Notes: generated by a model from the sequence alone, not told the origin. A stretch of 62,578 nt of DNA, filler included, from Nitrospirae bacterium CG2_30_53_67 (GCA_001873285.1; 7 parts of 7 records of this genome joined end to end with filler, not necessarily neighbours in it), one strand, 5' to 3'; shown: positions 28,736 to 40,073, numbered from the whole stretch's first letter. Numbers and translations: made by a program.

Positions 28736-31177
28736 ATGGGAAAATCACTGGTGATCGTGGAATCACCTTCCAAGGCCAAGACCATTCACAAGTTTCTCGG
28801 GAAGAACTTTAAGGTATTGGCATCGGTAGGGCACGTACGGGACCTTCCAAAAAAGGAACTCGGAGTGGACCTGGAGCGGAATTTTGAACCCAAGTATGTC
28901 ACCATCCGAGGCAAAGGTAAGGTTCTTGCTGAGATCAAGAGCGCAGCCCTGCATGCCGATGCAGTCTATCTGGCGCCCGACTTCGACCGAGAAGGCGAGG
29001 CCATTGCCTGGCACCTGGCCCAGATCCTGGAAAACAAGACCAAGGAGATCTACCGGGTGGTTTTTAATGAAATTACTCAGAAGGCGATCACCCAGGCCTT
29101 TCAGCATCCGGGACGGATCGACCAGAACCGAGTCGATGCGCAGCAGGCCCGGCGCATTCTCGACAGGATTGTGGGTTATAAAATCTCTCCGCTCCTCTGG
29201 GAAAAGGTCAGGCGGGGTCTTTCTGCGGGCCGGGTCCAGTCCGTGGCCGTCCGCCTCGTCTGTGAGCGTGAGGTTGAGATCCAGGCTTTTAAGCCCGAGG
29301 AATACTGGTCGATTACGGCGGAGCTTAAGGCCAAGGAGCCGCCGGTCTTTGAGGCCAAACTGCAAAAGATATCCGGAGGCAAAGCGGAGGTATCCAATGG
29401 GGAGCAGGCCCAAGGCATCATTGAGAAGATCCAGGGTCAGGATTTCCGGGTAAGCAGCATTGAAAAGAAACAGAAAAAGAAAAACCCCGTGGCCCCCTAT
29501 ACCACGAGCAAACTCCAGATGGATGCCTCAAGGAAGCTCGGGTTCTCAGCCAAAAAGACCATGATGATCGCACAAAAACTCTATGAGGGGCTTCCCGTAG
29601 GGAACGAAGGAAACGTCGGGCTGATTACCTATATGCGGACCGATTCCACGAGAGTGGCCGTGGATGCCCTGAATGAGGTGAGGGGGCTGATCCAGGATCG
29701 GTTTGGAAAAGAATATCTTCCGAACAGTCCCAGGCAGTATGCCAAGGGCAAGGGCGCGCAAGACGCCCATGAGGCCATACGCCCCACCTCCTCGCTGCGG
29801 GACCCCGAATCCATCCGAGCCTACTTGGACCATGACCCTTTTCGCTTGTATCAGATGATCTGGAACCGGTTTGTGGCCAGCCAGATGAACCCTGCCATCC
29901 TGGATACCGTATCCGTGGATATCCATGTCAAGGAGTTTACCTTCCGTGCCACGGGGAGCGCCATCCGGTTTAAAGGGTTCATGACGCTCTATATGGAGGA
30001 GGCCGAAGGAGAAACCGGTCCTGTGGAAGGGGAGAGTGTCCTGCCTCCTCTCCACGAAGGGGAACTTCTTCATGTCCGTCAGATTGTTCCGAGGCAGCAC
30101 TTCACGGAGCCGCCTCCCCGTTATAGCGAGGCCACCCTGGTCAAAGAGCTGGAAGAGAAGGGGATCGGGCGTCCCAGCACCTATGCGGCGATCCTTTCCA
30201 CCATCCAGGATCGGGAATATACGGAAATACGGGAAAAACGTTTTCACCCGACCCCCTTGGGGGTGTTGGTGAACCGCCTGCTGGTTGAAAGCTTTCCGGA
30301 TATCCTGAATGTGGAGTTTACATCGAACATGGAGGGGGAGCTGGACCGGATCGAGGAAGGGATGTCGAACTGGAAGGTGATCCTGAAAACCTTTTATGAC
30401 AAGTTCGTCGGGGATTTGGAAAAGGCCCGCGTGACCATGCGGGATATCAAGAAGGAGCTCGAGGATACCGACATCATCTGTGAAAAGTGCGGGAAGAAGA
30501 TGGTCATCAAGTGGGGCTACAACGGCGAGTTTATCGCCTGTTCCGCCTTTCCGGAATGCAAGAACACCAAGGATTTTCTGAGGGACGAAGAGGGCCGAAT
30601 CCAGATTATGAAAGTGGAAAAGGCCGATGAGAAATGTCCGGAGTGTCAGGCGGAGATGGTGGTGAAGCAGGGAAAATACGGAAGGTTCCTGGCGTGCACC
30701 CGGTATCCGGAATGCAAAACCACGCGCAGGCTTGTTCAGGATGAAAACGGCAGGATTAAGACCGCTCCTGAAGAGAAGACCGATGAGATCTGTGATAAGT
30801 GCGGAAAGCCCATGGCCGTCAAACATGGGCGATACGGCAAGTTCCTCGGATGCAGCGCCTATCCGAAATGCAAGAATATCAAGCCGCTCAGCATCGGTGT
30901 GCCGTGCCCCGTGGAGGGGTGCGGCGGCTTCGTCGTTCAGAAGATATTCAAGGGAAGGACCTTTTACGGCTGCAGCCACTATCCCAAGTGCCGGTTTAAC
31001 AGCAAGCAGAGGCCCTTGAACGAACCGTGCCCTGCCTGCGGCAGCCCTTATCTCATCGAACGTTTCCGCAAGGAGGGGGAGACATACCATAAGGATATCG
31101 GCTGCCCGAACAAAAGTTGTGAATACGCCCGTGAGATTGAAGATGCAGCTCTCAAAGATGGGTCTTCTCCAAAATAG
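28736..31177 (+). CDS. topA: DNA topoisomerase I with C-terminal zinc ribbons
   Basis: IVESPSKAK, DREGEAIAW, SAGRVQS, LITYMRTDS, AHEAIRP; repeated C4 ribbons. Confidence 0.98.
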   Translation: MGKSLVIVESPSKAKTIHKFLGKNFKVLASVGHVRDLPKKELGVDLERNFEPKYVTIRGKGKVLAEIKSAALHADAVYLAPDFDREGEAIAWHLAQILENKTKEIYRVVFNEITQKAITQAFQHPGRIDQNRVDAQQARRILDRIVGYKISPLLWEKVRRGLSAGRVQSVAVRLVCEREVEIQAFKPEEYWSITAELKAKEPPVFEAKLQKISGGKAEVSNGEQAQGIIEKIQGQDFRVSSIEKKQKKKNPVAPYTTSKLQMDASRKLGFSAKKTMMIAQKLYEGLPVGNEGNVGLITYMRTDSTRVAVDALNEVRGLIQDRFGKEYLPNSPRQYAKGKGAQDAHEAIRPTSSLRDPESIRAYLDHDPFRLYQMIWNRFVASQMNPAILDTVSVDIHVKEFTFRATGSAIRFKGFMTLYMEEAEGETGPVEGESVLPPLHEGELLHVRQIVPRQHFTEPPPRYSEATLVKELEEKGIGRPSTYAAILSTIQDREYTEIREKRFHPTPLGVLVNRLLVESFPDILNVEFTSNMEGELDRIEEGMSNWKVILKTFYDKFVGDLEKARVTMRDIKKELEDTDIICEKCGKKMVIKWGYNGEFIACSAFPECKNTKDFLRDEEGRIQIMKVEKADEKCPECQAEMVVKQGKYGRFLACTRYPECKTTRRLVQDENGRIKTAPEEKTDEICDKCGKPMAVKHGRYGKFLGCSAYPKCKNIKPLSIGVPCPVEGCGGFVVQKIFKGRTFYGCSHYPKCRFNSKQRPLNEPCPACGSPYLIERFRKEGETYHKDIGCPNKSCEYAREIEDAALKDGSSPK

Positions 31178-31242
31178 TGGGTGAAAACAAAAGGGGCCTT
31201 TTTACCCACTAAATGGCCGATGGCTCGTAGAGGAGAAGAACC
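31160..31242. mobile_element. Minimal (empty) family A element; its terminus supplies the topA stop codon
   Basis: GGGTCTTCTCCAAAATAGTGGGTGAAAAC...TTTTTACCCACTAAATGG...GGAGAAGAACC. Confidence 0.7.
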
Positions 31243-31357
31243 AATAGAAAACTGTAGCGGGTGCGGGGGAGACAAAGGGGTTGGAGGAAGAATAAAGAGA
31301 ACCGTCCCCTTTAGTTCCCAATCACTCCGGCTTGCTCGCGCCGGTGGAGGTGTGGTA

Positions 31358-31660
31358 ATGAGCATAAAAATTGATATTCCGAAAGCGGAAATCCAAGAGT
31401 TTTGCCGTCGCAACCAAATCCGCCGTTTGGCCGTGTTCGGGTCGGTTCTGCGCGATGATTTCACGCCCGAAAGCGATGTGGACGTGCTGGTGGAATTCGA
31501 GCCGGGCGCGCGAGTGGGGTTGATTGCGTTGGCGGGTATGGAAATCGAATTGAGTCAACTGCTGGGCCACAAGGCGGAAATGCACACGGCCAAGGGCCTC
31601 AACCCGCATTTCCGTGATGAGGTGTTGGGCCTGGCGGAGGTGCAGTATGAGCAAGGGTGA
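31358..31660 (+). CDS. MNT-family nucleotidyltransferase antitoxin
   Basis: FGSVLRDDFTPESDVDVLVEF; GGAGG RBS. Confidence 0.9.
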   Translation: MSIKIDIPKAEIQEFCRRNQIRRLAVFGSVLRDDFTPESDVDVLVEFEPGARVGLIALAGMEIELSQLLGHKAEMHTAKGLNPHFRDEVLGLAEVQYEQG

Positions 31661-31991
31661 CGACTCGCTCAGTCTGAAAGATATGCTCAATCACGCCCGA
31701 GAAGCGGTCGAGCTGTTGGGCAATTCGAGCCGGGAAGAATTGGGACGCAATCGTGTAATGCAGCTGGCGCTGACGCGTCTGGTGGAGATTGTGGGCGAGG
31801 CAGCCAATCGCGTCTCTGAGGAGACACGATTGGCGAATCCGAAAATTCCTTGGCCGCAGATCATCGGAATGCGTAATCGGCTTGTTCACGGGTATGATGT
31901 AATAGACTTTGATTTGCTGTGGGACACGGTGACGGACGACCTGCCTCCACTGATCGCTGCGTTGCAAGAGATCGTGAGGGAAAAGGAATAA
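31647..31991 (+). CDS. HEPN (DUF86/HepT-like) RNase toxin
   Basis: EIVGEA, IPW..IIGMRNRLVHGY (RxxxxH); overlaps the MNT gene. Confidence 0.9.
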   Translation: MSKGDDSLSLKDMLNHAREAVELLGNSSREELGRNRVMQLALTRLVEIVGEAANRVSEETRLANPKIPWPQIIGMRNRLVHGYDVIDFDLLWDTVTDDLPPLIAALQEIVREKE

Positions 31992-32059
31992 AACCGATGG
32001 CGGGGAACAAACAGGAAGGAACAAATAGGGGCCATTTAAATAACGGTCGCTGTCCCCCT

Positions 32060-32192
32060 TTACTACGGGCAGAGTATAAATTGTCAGACTTCCCGGGAGG
32101 CTTCATGCGAGGGAAGTACGCGAGCCGCTTGCGTAAGTCATCGAATATCGTTGTCCTTAGACCTGAAGTGGCTGAAGCATTCCCCAACGAAT
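32060..32192 (+). pseudogene. Fragment of a small antitoxin-like (BrnA-like) protein
   Basis: LRAEYKLSDFPGGFMRGKYASRLRKSSNIVVLRPEVAEAFPNE, no proper start or end. Confidence 0.45.
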
Positions 32193-32260
32193 GGGGTCAG
32201 ACACCAAATCAAATACCGCATGGGCAAGGAACTGGACAACGGCGAGGAAGGAGAATAAGT

Positions 32261-32580
32261 ATGCAAGAAAAATCATTAGCCATTTTTGAAAACTATAAAA
32301 TCCGCCGTCACTACAATGAGCAGACAGATAAAATTATGGTTGGCCAAGGTGGGATACGAACGATTGCAGGATATGAGCGATCCCGCGCGCTCACTCGATC
32401 GCGCCCGTAAATACTGGCGTGAGCACGGCAGAAGCGAAAAGTGGATCCAACAGCGGATGATGGGTCAGGAAACCCGTAATAAACTTACCGATTACTGGAA
32501 AGACCACGAAATAACCAAGGAAGACGAATATGCTATTCTCACCAACATCATTCATCAGGAATGGAGCGGCGTTTCAGTCG
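32261..32580 (+). pseudogene. Bro-N-domain (antirepressor-like) gene remnant with internal deletion and frameshift
   Basis: MQEKSLAIFENYKIRRHYNE switches frame to IKLWLAKVGYER...GRSEKWIQQRMMGQETRNKLTDYW...ILTNIIHQEWSG, then is truncated. Confidence 0.65.
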
Positions 32581-32630
32581 ATTTGGAAGCATACATTGGC
32601 GCTTGTGCCAAAATATGCTTACAATAACAC

Positions 32631-33953
32631 ATGAATAATGCAAACCAGGAACTGACCGTTATCGGAGGGGGGCTGGCCGGCAGCGAGGCCGCTTTCCAGG
32701 CTGCTGAAAGGGGGATTCATGTCCTGCTCTACGAAATGCGTCCTACCCGGTATACCCCCGCCCATAAAACCGACCGGCTGGCCGAGCTGGTCTGCAGCAA
32801 TTCGTTTCGTTCCGAGGACCCCGCCAATGCCGTCGGTCTGCTCAAAGAAGAGATGCGGCGTGCCGGTTCTTTGATCATCCGGGCGGCTGATGCCCATCGG
32901 GTTCCGGCCGGATCGGCCCTTGCCGTGGACCGGGAGCGGTTTTCCGAGGAGATTACTCAAGTGATGATGCATCATCCCCGTATCCGCGTCATGCGGTCAG
33001 AAATCACGGAGATCCCGGAAAGGGGAGTCGTGATCCTGGCCACAGGCCCATTGACTTCCGACCGGATGGCCGATTCCATTACGCGGTTCACAGGATCCTC
33101 GCATCTCCACTTTTATGATGCCATCGCCCCGATTCTGGATGCGGAATCCATCGACCGCTCTTTGGTCTTTGCGGCTTCCCGTTACGACAAAGGGGGGGCT
33201 GACTACCTCAACTGTCCCATGGAAAGGGAGGAGTACGACCGGTTCTATGAAGCCCTGACGGCCGGGGAGAAGGTTCCGGCGGAACCCTTTGAGGAGCCCA
33301 GGTATTTTGAAGGGTGCATGCCCATCGAGGTTATGGCGGAGCGCGGCAGGGAGACCCTCTTGTTCGGCCCTATGAAACCGGTGGGCCTGATCGATCCGAG
33401 AACCGACCGGCAGCCCTATGCCGTGGTTCAGCTCAGAAAGGAAAACCGGGAAGGGGCGGCGTACAACATGGTCGGGTTCCAGACCAAGCTCACCTATCCG
33501 TCGCAGGACAGGGTCTTCCGGCTGATTCCAGGGCTGGAAAAAGTCGAGTTTATGCGGTATGGTAGTGTGCACAGGAACACCTTTGTGGACGGGCCGAGAA
33601 TATTGAAAAAGACCCTTCAGTTCCGGCAGAGGGAAGATCTCTTCCTGGCCGGGCAGATCACGGGTGTGGAAGGATACGTGGAATCCACGGCCATGGGCTG
33701 GCTGGCCGGAGTTCTTGCAGCCCGTATGATCCAGGGGGAACCCCTGTCGCCGCCTCCGCCGGCCACGGCCCATGGCGCCCTTGTGGAGCATGTGACCAAC
33801 GAGGCCTATAAGGAATTTCAACCCTCCAATGTCAATTGGAGCCTGTTCCCATCACTTCCCGAAAAGATTCGTTCCAGGCGTGAGCGGAGGGAGAAGATGT
33901 ATGGCCGGGCACTGGCTCAATGGGAGGAGTATCGGAAACAGGTGACGCTATGA
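32631..33953 (+). CDS. trmFO: Folate/FAD-dependent tRNA (uracil-5) methyltransferase TrmFO
   Basis: [44 protein letters not shown]. Confidence 0.97.
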   Translation: MNNANQELTVIGGGLAGSEAAFQAAERGIHVLLYEMRPTRYTPAHKTDRLAELVCSNSFRSEDPANAVGLLKEEMRRAGSLIIRAADAHRVPAGSALAVDRERFSEEITQVMMHHPRIRVMRSEITEIPERGVVILATGPLTSDRMADSITRFTGSSHLHFYDAIAPILDAESIDRSLVFAASRYDKGGADYLNCPMEREEYDRFYEALTAGEKVPAEPFEEPRYFEGCMPIEVMAERGRETLLFGPMKPVGLIDPRTDRQPYAVVQLRKENREGAAYNMVGFQTKLTYPSQDRVFRLIPGLEKVEFMRYGSVHRNTFVDGPRILKKTLQFRQREDLFLAGQITGVEGYVESTAMGWLAGVLAARMIQGEPLSPPPPATAHGALVEHVTNEAYKEFQPSNVNWSLFPSLPEKIRSRRERREKMYGRALAQWEEYRKQVTL

Positions 33954-34903
33954 AAGACATGCCGGATCAGCAGACCGGGACTGCGGCCTTTGACAGGCGC
34001 CTCTCGGAATTTGAATCCTACCTCAAACATGAAAAGAATGCCTCGGAGCATACGGTCAAGAATTACTTAAGCGATCTGATCCAGTTCAAGGCATTTCTCG
34101 GGGCATACCGATCCTGCCTGGAGGATTTGAGCCGAATCGATCATCGGGTCATCAGGCATTTTCTCTCTTATCTTCATCAGAAAAAGTATCATAAGTCCTC
34201 CATGGGGCGGAAGGTGGCGAGCCTCAGGAGTTTTTTTAAGTTTCTTCACCGTGAGAGGGTTGTGCAAGTCAACCCGGCCAAGGCCGTGGCCACGCCCAAG
34301 GCGGAAAAGAAGCACCCCAGGTTTCTCTCCGTGGACGACGCCTTCCGGTTGATGGAGGCGCCGGATGAGAAGACCGGATCCGGCCTCCGGGACAAGGCGA
34401 TTCTTGAGGCATTCTATTCCTCCGGAGTCCGGATCAGCGAGCTGGCCGGATTGAATGAAGAAGACATGGATCTCTCCATCGGCCTGATGAAAGTGATGGG
34501 CAAGGGGCGCAAGGAACGGATTGTCACTCTCGGATCGCATGCCGTCCAGGCGGTCGAGCGATACCTGAAAGGCAAGGATGTGCCGGGTGACGGGACCTTT
34601 CATGCCGGGCACAAGACGCCGCTGTTCCTGAACCGATACGGCAGCCGGCTCAGCATCCGTGGGATCCGCAGGGTTGTTGAAAAATATGTGAGGCAATCTG
34701 CCGCGGCGTCCCGCATTTCACCCCATGGGCTGCGCCACTCATTTGCCACCCACCTTTTGGACGGAGGCGCCGATCTCCGGAGCATTCAGGAACTCCTGGG
34801 CCATGTCAGCCTCTCCACAACTCAGAAGTACACACATGTCAGTATGGATAAACTCATGGAAGTTTACGACAAGGCGCATCCGAGGGCCCACAAGAAACGC
34901 TGA
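33950..34903 (+). CDS. xerC: Tyrosine recombinase XerC
   Basis: [31 protein letters not shown]...TTQKY; follows dprA-topA-trmFO. Confidence 0.9.
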   Translation: MKDMPDQQTGTAAFDRRLSEFESYLKHEKNASEHTVKNYLSDLIQFKAFLGAYRSCLEDLSRIDHRVIRHFLSYLHQKKYHKSSMGRKVASLRSFFKFLHRERVVQVNPAKAVATPKAEKKHPRFLSVDDAFRLMEAPDEKTGSGLRDKAILEAFYSSGVRISELAGLNEEDMDLSIGLMKVMGKGRKERIVTLGSHAVQAVERYLKGKDVPGDGTFHAGHKTPLFLNRYGSRLSIRGIRRVVEKYVRQSAAASRISPHGLRHSFATHLLDGGADLRSIQELLGHVSLSTTQKYTHVSMDKLMEVYDKAHPRAHKKR

Positions 34904-34986
34904 TCATGATTGACTTCTCGATCCGTCCCGTTGTAAACTCCGTTATAGAAAAAATTCCATGACGGAGTGAACTCCCTTTAAAGAAA

Positions 34987-35463
34987 GTTCATCTCCAAAA
35001 GAGTGGGTGAAAACATAAGGGTTCAAGGGGTCAAGGATTCCAGGGGTAAAGTGAAGTGTTAAAACATAAGGGGCCGAGGGTCCCAGTGTCGTGTCAACCT
35101 TGTAGTGTCTTTTGGTGTCACCCCCTCATCCTAACCTTCTCCCCTATGGGGAGAAGGGATGTTTGAACCTCCTTTCCCCTTGGGGAGAGGATTGAGGTGA
35201 GGGGGAAAATGGGATACGTCATTTTAGACGTGACGCGACACTATAGTTCAGGGTTCCCAGTGTTTTTCTCTGGAGATTTTGCTTGGATTTCAGTATTTCA
35301 CTTGACCCCTTGACCCCAAGATACCTCAGTGCAGTAGCCGTCGCAGACGGTCCCGGCCCGGCAAGAATAGATTCAAGGAGATGCCGGGATCTAACGACAA
35401 AAACAGAGAAAAGCGGGGCACGCGAAGCGTAACCCTGGAATCCTCGAACCCTTCTTACTCATT
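34987..35463. mobile_element. Family A element with two nested inserts
   Basis: Terminus CATCTCCAAAAGAGTGGGTGAAAAC; inserts at 35085-35242 and 35314-35431. Confidence 0.82.
35085..35242. mobile_element. MITE with 12-bp TIRs enclosing a CCCTCATCCTAACCTTCTCCC-type double hairpin
   Basis: AGTGTCGTGTCA ... TGACGCGACACT (11/12 complementary). Confidence 0.7.
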
Positions 35464-35475
35464 AAAGGAACCTGC

Positions 35476-38400
35476 ATGAAGAAACACGCTGAATTTGTTC
35501 ACCTCCATATACACACCCAGTACAGCCTTCTGGACGGCGCCATACGGTTGAGCGAGCTTTTCAAAAGAGCCGCCGAGTACAAAATGCCGGCCTTGGCGAT
35601 TACGGACCATGGAAACATGATCGGCGCCATCCATTTTTACAAAAAGGCCATGAAGAGCGGGATCAAACCGATCATCGGCTGCGAAGTCTATGTGGCCCCG
35701 GGTTCCCGGCTGGAAAAGCCGGCAGGGAATGAAGAGAGCGCCTACCATCTGATTCTCCTGGCGAGGAACCAGGCCGGTTACAAGAACCTGATGTGGCTGG
35801 TCAGCGAGGGATACCTGAACGGTTTTTACCGAAAGCCCCGGATCGATAAAGAGGTGCTTCGAGAGCATGCCGAGGGGTTGATCGGCCTTTCGGCCTGTAT
35901 GCACGGGGAAATCCCGTCCTATCTTCTGCAAGGGCAAAGGGACAAGGCCGCTCGTGCGGCCGGAGAATATGCCGATATCCTCGGGAGAGGAAATTTTTAT
36001 CTGGAGATCCAGGATAACGGGCTTGAGGATCAGAAGGTGGTGAATGACGAGATGATCCGGCTTGCAAGAGAGCTCTCCATTCCGCTGGCGGCGACCAACG
36101 ACTGTCATTATCTGAAGAGAGAGGATGCCGCCGCCCACGAGGCTTTGCTTTGTATCCAGACCGGAAAGACCCTGATGGAAGAAGACCGTTTCCGCTTCTC
36201 TTCGGATCAGCTCTATTTCAAGTCACCCGAAGAAATGGTCCAGGCCTTCAGCCATATCCCCGAAGCGATCCGCAATACGATAGAGATTGCGGAACGCTGC
36301 AATCTTGAGCTTGAATTCAACAAGATTCATTTACCTACGTATGATGCGCCGAAAGAGGTGAGCCTTGAGTCCTATCTCCAAGAGAAGGCCGAAGAGGGTT
36401 TCCTTGACCGGATGAAGCATGGAAAGATTCCGGCCGGCCAGGAAGAGATCTACCGAGCCCGTCTTGCCGAGGAGCTGAGGATCATCAAAGAGATGGGATT
36501 CCCCGGGTATTTCCTTATCGTATGGGATTTCGTCCGATGGGCCAAGGGTCAGGGGATTCCGGTCGGACCGGGGAGGGGATCCGGGGCCGGGTCGCTTGTG
36601 GCCTATGCCCTGGGAATTACGGATATCGACCCGATGGCCTACGGTCTTATCTTCGAGCGGTTCATGAATCCGGAGCGGGTGAGCATGCCGGACTTTGATA
36701 TTGACTTCTGCATGGAACGCAGGGGCGAGGTCATCGAGTATGTGACGAAACGGTACAGCATGGATAAGGGATACGGCAATGAGGCCGTGGGGCAGATCAT
36801 GGCCATCGGTTCCCTTCAGGCTCGGGGGGTGATCCGAGATGTGGCCCGCGTCATGGGGATCCCTTATGCCGAAGCCGACACCCTGGCAAAGCTGGTTCCG
36901 AACGAGCTGGGGATCAAGCTCCCGGACGCAGTCCGCCGGGAGAAGAAATTCAAGGAAATGGCGGACAAAGATCAGAAGATCAAGAAACTGCTCGATATTG
37001 CCATGGCCCTGGAAGGCCTGTACCGGAATGCATCCACCCACGCGGCCGGCGTGGTGATCGGTGACCGCTCTCTCCGGGAGTGGACCCCCCTCTACCGGAG
37101 CGAAGAGGCCGAGATCGTCACCCAGTACGACAAAAAAATTGTGGAGGAAGTCGGGCTGGTCAAGTTCGATTTCCTCGGACTCAGGACCCTGACGGTCATC
37201 GACAAGGCCGTTAAGATCATCAACCGCGAGCGCATGACGCAGGGGGGCCTTGGGGAAGGTCCTGCAGACCGGCAGGCGCCGCTCAACATGCTGGAGATCC
37301 CTCTCAATGATCCGGCTGTGTTTGAACTCCTCTCCCGAGGGGATACGATGGGGATTTTCCAGCTTGAAAGTTCGGGGATGCGGGAACTCCTGGTCAAGAT
37401 GAAGCCCCAGAACTTCGAGGACATCATCGCCCTGGTCGCCCTCTACCGACCGGGGCCTATCGGAAGCGGGATGGTGGATGACTACGTCATGTGCAAGCAC
37501 GGGAAAAAGGAGATGGAGTTCATCCTCCCTCAGCTCAAACCGATTCTCAAGGAGACCTATGGAGTCATCGTCTACCAGGAACAGGTGATGGAGATCGCCA
37601 AGGTTCTGGCCGGCTATTCTCTGGGGGCCGCCGACCTCTTGAGGCGCGCGATGGGCAAGAAGATACCCGAGGAGATGGACAGGCACAAGTCCATCTTCTT
37701 GAACGGGGACGCGAAGCTGGGGATCCCCGGCGCAGTCAAGAAGGGAATTGATGCCAAGAAAGCGGAAAAGGTCTTTGACCTCATGGCCTATTTCGCAGGG
37801 TATGGATTCAACAAGTCCCACTCGGCCGCTTATGCCATGATTGCCTATCAGACGGCCTATCTCAAGGCGCACCACCCTGTGGAGTTTATTGCCGCCTTGA
37901 TCTCTTCGGATATGGACAACACGGACAAGGTGGTTCAGTATATCTCGGAATGCAGGGAGCGGGGGATAGAGGTCCTTCCGCCCGATCTGAATGAGAGCAG
38001 CATGGATTTCACAGTCGTCGGAAACAAGATCCGGTTCGGCCTGGCCGCCGTAAAGAACGTCGGGGGATCGGCCATTGATGATATCCTGAAGGCCAGGGAG
38101 ACGGGCGGGCCCTTCAAGTCCATCTCCGATTTTTTTACGAGGGTGGATCTGAAGAAGGTGAACAAGAGGGTCATCGAAGGGCTGATCAAGTGCGGCGCCT
38201 TTGATTCCACGGGAGCAAAAAGATCACAGTTGATGGAGGTCTTTGAGTCTGCCATGGAGATGAACCATCAGGCGCAGCGGGACCGAGAGCTTGGGCAGGG
38301 GAGCCTTTTCGGTCAGGCGGGGGGCGTCCATTCCTATGAGACCGAAGTGTCTCTGCCTGGAATCGAAGAGTGGCATGAAAATCAGCTTCTCCGGTACGAG

Positions 38401-39009
38401 AAGGAGTCCCTCGGGTTTTACATCTCCGGGCACCCCCTGGCCCGGTGCACGGGAGAGATCAAAAAGTTTGCCAATTCGGACACGGCCAAGATCAAGGAGT
38501 TGGGAGAAAATGCGGAGGTTTCCCTCTGCGGCGTGATCTCCGCCTGCAAGAAAAAAGTGACTCGGCGGGGCGACAAGATGGCTATCCTGAGCCTTGAAGA
38601 CCTTCAGGGAGTGACCGAGGTCCTGGTCTTCCCCAAGGTTTATGAAAAGACGCAGGATATCCTTGAAAGCGATCTTCCTGTGCTGGTCAAAGGGCGGATC
38701 AAGAAGGACGAAAAGGGCGTTTCCATCATCTCCGAGGAGATCGCTATGCTGAAGGACATACGAAAACGTGAGGCAAGACGCGTGGACATCCGTCTATCCT
38801 CAATCGGCTTGAATGATGAACATTTAAGCCGGATCCATGATATTCTGCTGCAGAACAAGGGGGGATGTGAGGTCTATCTGCACATTCTTGTTCCCAACCA
38901 CAGCGAAGCCGTGATCTCTGTAGGGAATGATCTTCGCGTGAGCCCATCGGACAGGATGATCGTGGACATAGAAAGCATTGCCGGCAACCGCGCGGTGACG
39001 GTCTCTTAA
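35476..39009 (+). CDS. dnaE: DNA polymerase III alpha subunit
   Basis: HLHIHTQYSLLDG PHP domain, GPGRGSGAGSL, PDFDIDF, KFDFLGL, YGFNKSH; no intein. Confidence 0.98.
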   Translation: MKKHAEFVHLHIHTQYSLLDGAIRLSELFKRAAEYKMPALAITDHGNMIGAIHFYKKAMKSGIKPIIGCEVYVAPGSRLEKPAGNEESAYHLILLARNQAGYKNLMWLVSEGYLNGFYRKPRIDKEVLREHAEGLIGLSACMHGEIPSYLLQGQRDKAARAAGEYADILGRGNFYLEIQDNGLEDQKVVNDEMIRLARELSIPLAATNDCHYLKREDAAAHEALLCIQTGKTLMEEDRFRFSSDQLYFKSPEEMVQAFSHIPEAIRNTIEIAERCNLELEFNKIHLPTYDAPKEVSLESYLQEKAEEGFLDRMKHGKIPAGQEEIYRARLAEELRIIKEMGFPGYFLIVWDFVRWAKGQGIPVGPGRGSGAGSLVAYALGITDIDPMAYGLIFERFMNPERVSMPDFDIDFCMERRGEVIEYVTKRYSMDKGYGNEAVGQIMAIGSLQARGVIRDVARVMGIPYAEADTLAKLVPNELGIKLPDAVRREKKFKEMADKDQKIKKLLDIAMALEGLYRNASTHAAGVVIGDRSLREWTPLYRSEEAEIVTQYDKKIVEEVGLVKFDFLGLRTLTVIDKAVKIINRERMTQGGLGEGPADRQAPLNMLEIPLNDPAVFELLSRGDTMGIFQLESSGMRELLVKMKPQNFEDIIALVALYRPGPIGSGMVDDYVMCKHGKKEMEFILPQLKPILKETYGVIVYQEQVMEIAKVLAGYSLGAADLLRRAMGKKIPEEMDRHKSIFLNGDAKLGIPGAVKKGIDAKKAEKVFDLMAYFAGYGFNKSHSAAYAMIAYQTAYLKAHHPVEFIAALISSDMDNTDKVVQYISECRERGIEVLPPDLNESSMDFTVVGNKIRFGLAAVKNVGGSAIDDILKARETGGPFKSISDFFTRVDLKKVNKRVIEGLIKCGAFDSTGAKRSQLMEVFESAMEMNHQAQRDRELGQGSLFGQAGGVHSYETEVSLPGIEEWHENQLLRYEKESLGFYISGHPLARCTGEIKKFANSDTAKIKELGENAEVSLCGVISACKKKVTRRGDKMAILSLEDLQGVTEVLVFPKVYEKTQDILESDLPVLVKGRIKKDEKGVSIISEEIAMLKDIRKREARRVDIRLSSIGLNDEHLSRIHDILLQNKGGCEVYLHILVPNHSEAVISVGNDLRVSPSDRMIVDIESIAGNRAVTVS

Positions 39010-39110
39010 AAAAAGAGTTCAAACCATTCAAGCGGTTTAAATCGTTTAAACTCTTTGAACGGCTTGAACGATTTCTTTTTTCCTGGAGAAAACAGAAGGA
39101 ATAAGAAACC

Positions 39111-40059
<949 letters not shown>

Positions 40060-40073
<14 letters not shown>

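Noticed and set aside
33950..34903. Tyrosine recombinase as an integron or phage integrase that mobilizes the repeats
   Set aside because: Sequence and dprA-topA-trmFO context fit housekeeping XerC; no integron-integrase insertion is evident.
35476..39009. Intein in dnaE
   Set aside because: Length (1177 aa) is normal; only short loop insertions, with no intein splice motifs.
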